Part shown: one piece after another, positions 61,675-64,000 of the stretch
Layout: each line of letters opens with the position of its first letter
Numbering within the stretch: position 1 is the stretch's first letter
Assembly: GCF_028641065.1 (NCBI RefSeq)
Contig: NW_026576090.1
Location: forward strand, 62,001 to 126,000
Source of the DNA: Leucoraja erinacea
Taxonomy: Eukaryota
Length of the DNA: 64,000 bases
Direction of reading: 5' to 3'
The notes under the pieces: model-generated
The model's database searches: none
Seen by the model: the letters and a program-made list of their open reading frames with translations, nothing else
What the model was told of the DNA's origin: nothing
Made by a program: the position numbers and the translations under genes

Positions 61675-62296
61675 GAAAATAGGTGCAGGAGTAGGCCATT
61701 CGGCCCTGCACCGCCATTCAATATGATCATGGCTGATCATCCAACTCAGTATCCTGTTCCTGCCTTCTCTCCATACCCCCTGATCCCCTTAGTCACAAGG
61801 GCCACATCTAACTCCCTCTTAAATATAGCCAATCAACTGGCCTCAACTACCTTCTGTGGCAGAGAATTCCAGAGATTCACCACTCTCTGTGTGAAAAATG
61901 TTTTTCTCATCTCGGTCCTAAAAGATTTCCCCCTTATCCTTAAACTGTGGCCCCTTGTTCTGGACTTCCCCAACATCGGGAACAATCTTCCTGCATCTAG
62001 CCTGTCCAACCCTCTTAAGAATTTTGTAAGTTTCTATAAGATCCCCCCTCAATCTTCTAAATTCTAGCGAGTACAAGCCGAGTCTATCCAGTCTTTCTTC
62101 ATATGAAAGTCCTGCCATCCCAGGAATCAGTCTGGTGAACCTTCTCTGTACTCCCTCTATGGCAAGAATGTCTTTCCTCAGATTAGGAGACCAAAAACTG
62201 TACGCAATACTCCAGGGTGTGGTCTCACCAAGACCCTGTACAACTGCAGTAGAACCTCCCTGCTCCTATACTCAAATCATTTTGCTATGAATGCTA
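61675..62296 (-). mobile_element. CR1 LINE 3' fragment
   Basis: ORF 61918-62118 [32 protein letters not shown]. Confidence 0.88.
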
Positions 62297-62663
62297 ATGT
62301 CGGATGGGGAGAGGAGAGGGTGGGAGCTGGAGGGAGTGACGGAGCAGAGAGGCTAATGGAGGGAGGGGGTGGAGGGGCAGAGAGAGGGAGCTGGAGGGAC
62401 AGGGTGGGAGGAACACAGGCTGAGAGAGATGGGGTCTAGGGCAGGGATGATGGGGGGTTAGTGGGACCACTGGGATGGGGCTGAACAAGGAGTGGGGAGG
62501 AGAGAGTGCGCGGGGGAGGGACAAGAAGCGAGGGAGGGGGCAGTGGAGGAGGGATGGTGGGCTTGGAGAAGGACCAGGGATGGGGGGGAGAGGGCTGAAA
62601 CTGTTCCCCATCCCCCATTTTTGTGACCACACTGACCCCCCCCGTGTGTGTGTCCTCTGGCAG

Positions 62664-62878
62664 GGGCAGCTGAAGAAGAAGCGGCTGACCGCACTGATGT
62701 CCAGCCTCCGTGGCCGCGAGCTCCACAACCATCAGGACCGACTGTACAACGCCCCCAGCGGGCCCCCCACCCGCCTCGCCCTGCACCCCCTCTCCTCCCT
62801 CACCCCCGGCAACAACCCCGGCACTGCCGTCCTTGGCAAAGTCGTCTTCAGCCTCACCACCGAGGAGAAGGTGCCCTT
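62664..62878 (+). CDS. TTC5: TTC5 exon 8
   Basis: GQLKKKRL..PLSSLTPGNNPGTAVLGKVVFSLTTEEKVP (OB-fold domain). Confidence 0.95.
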
Positions 62879-63670
62879 GTACGTACCGGGTAGGGTACCG
62901 GTGGGGGGGAGGGGAGGGTAGGGAGGGGGGAGAGGGTTAGGGACTGGGGGAGGGGGTTAGAGAGTGGGAGGTGGGGGTGGGGGGGGGGGAGTTGGAATAA
63001 CTGGGGGGGGGGGGGGGGCAGTGTGAGGTAGGACTGCCTGGGTTTGGGGGGGGAGTTGAGGAGGATTTCTTCACCAGAGGGTGGTGAATCTGTGGGATTC
63101 GTTGCCACAGACGGCAGTGGAGGCCACAAGTCGGTGGATATATTTAAGGCAGAGATCAATTCTTGATTAGTGCGGGGGAGTCAGCGGGTTATAGGGTAGA
63201 AGGTGCAGCAGGAGAATGGGGTTGGGGGGGGGGGGGGGCAGGGAGGTTCTACTAGATCAGCCATGGATTGAAGTGGCGCAGATTTTGCCATAGGGGAGTA
63301 CCGAATGGTGTCTGATTAACGGAGATGTGTGGGGGGAGGTTTTTTTCCAAACAGAGGGTGGTGGGGCCAGAGGACGAGGGTGGTGGGGGGGGAATGATTT
63401 AAAACGATGGTGGAGTGTTTGGGAGAGGGTGACAGATAGGCGCGTGGATATGCCTGGAATGGAGGGATATGGATCTACTTCGTTGGCAGAGGGGAGTCAG
63501 GGATAGCACGGACATAGTGGGCCGAAGGGTCTGTTCCTGGGCTGTATTATGCTCTGGAGGTGAGGGAGTGGATGTGCAGACTGAGAATGTGGAGCTGGAC
63601 AGGGTGTATGGGGGGGGTCTGGCATCAGTGTACTGGGCCAGTGGGTCTGATCCATTCCGTTGTATGATAG

Positions 63671-63815
63671 CACCGTGGGCCTGCTGGACGGGGAGGGCAC
63701 GTGTGTGGCCGTGACAGTGTACAACATGGCGGAGAGCTGGGGGGTGCTGATCGGAGACACCATCGCCATCCCGAGGCCAATCTACACCCACCACAGCGTG
63801 GAGCACAAGGACAAG
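63671..63815 (+). CDS. TTC5: TTC5 exon 9 (gene continues beyond the window)
   Basis: TVGLLDGEGTCVAVTVYNMAESWGVLIGDTIAIPRP..HKDK|GTGAG. Confidence 0.95.
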
Positions 63816-64000
63816 GTGAGTGACCCCCAACCTCTACCCCGACCCCTCCTCGTTCAAGTGAGTTTATTGTCATGTGTCCCTGTATAGGACAATGAAATTC
63901 TTGCTTTGCTTCAGCACACAGAACATAGTAGGCATTGACTACAAAACAGATCAGTGTGTCCATATACCGTAATATAAATATATACACACACATGAATAAA

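Overview
Eukaryotic genomic DNA from a cartilaginous fish, most likely a skate or ray, judged from the IgW/IgX-type heavy chain and the CR1/Penelope/SINE repeat content. The left ~37 kb holds one complete cluster-type IgW (IgX) heavy-chain locus on the + strand: L-V(23-RSS)-(12-RSS)D(22-RSS)-(12-RSS)J-CH1-CH2-short Cys-rich secretory exon-CH3-CH4-CH5-CH6/long secretory tail-CH3'(pseudo)-CH4'-TM1-TM2. Two features of the locus stand out. The J is preceded directly by a D-type 12-bp RSS, which looks like a germline-joined DJ and gives a TCR-delta/beta-like 23/12-22/12 signal layout. A duplicated CH3'/CH4' pair also sits between the long secretory exon and the TM exons. About 10 kb downstream lie SDR39U1 (- strand, 6 coding exons) and TTC5 (+ strand, exons 1-9, continuing past the window), head-to-head across a GC-box-repeat promoter. 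The human orthologues of both lie near the TCR alpha/delta locus on 14q11.2-q12. The rest is dense decayed transposons: CR1, Rex1/Babar, L1, RTE, Vingi-like, DIRS, Penelope with hammerhead-like motifs, Harbinger MITEs, a Helitron-like element and SINEs. There are also long G/A low-complexity tracts and an assembly gap at 1441-1799. All identifications come from manual translation and recall of family motifs; no database search was run, and repeat boundaries are approximate.
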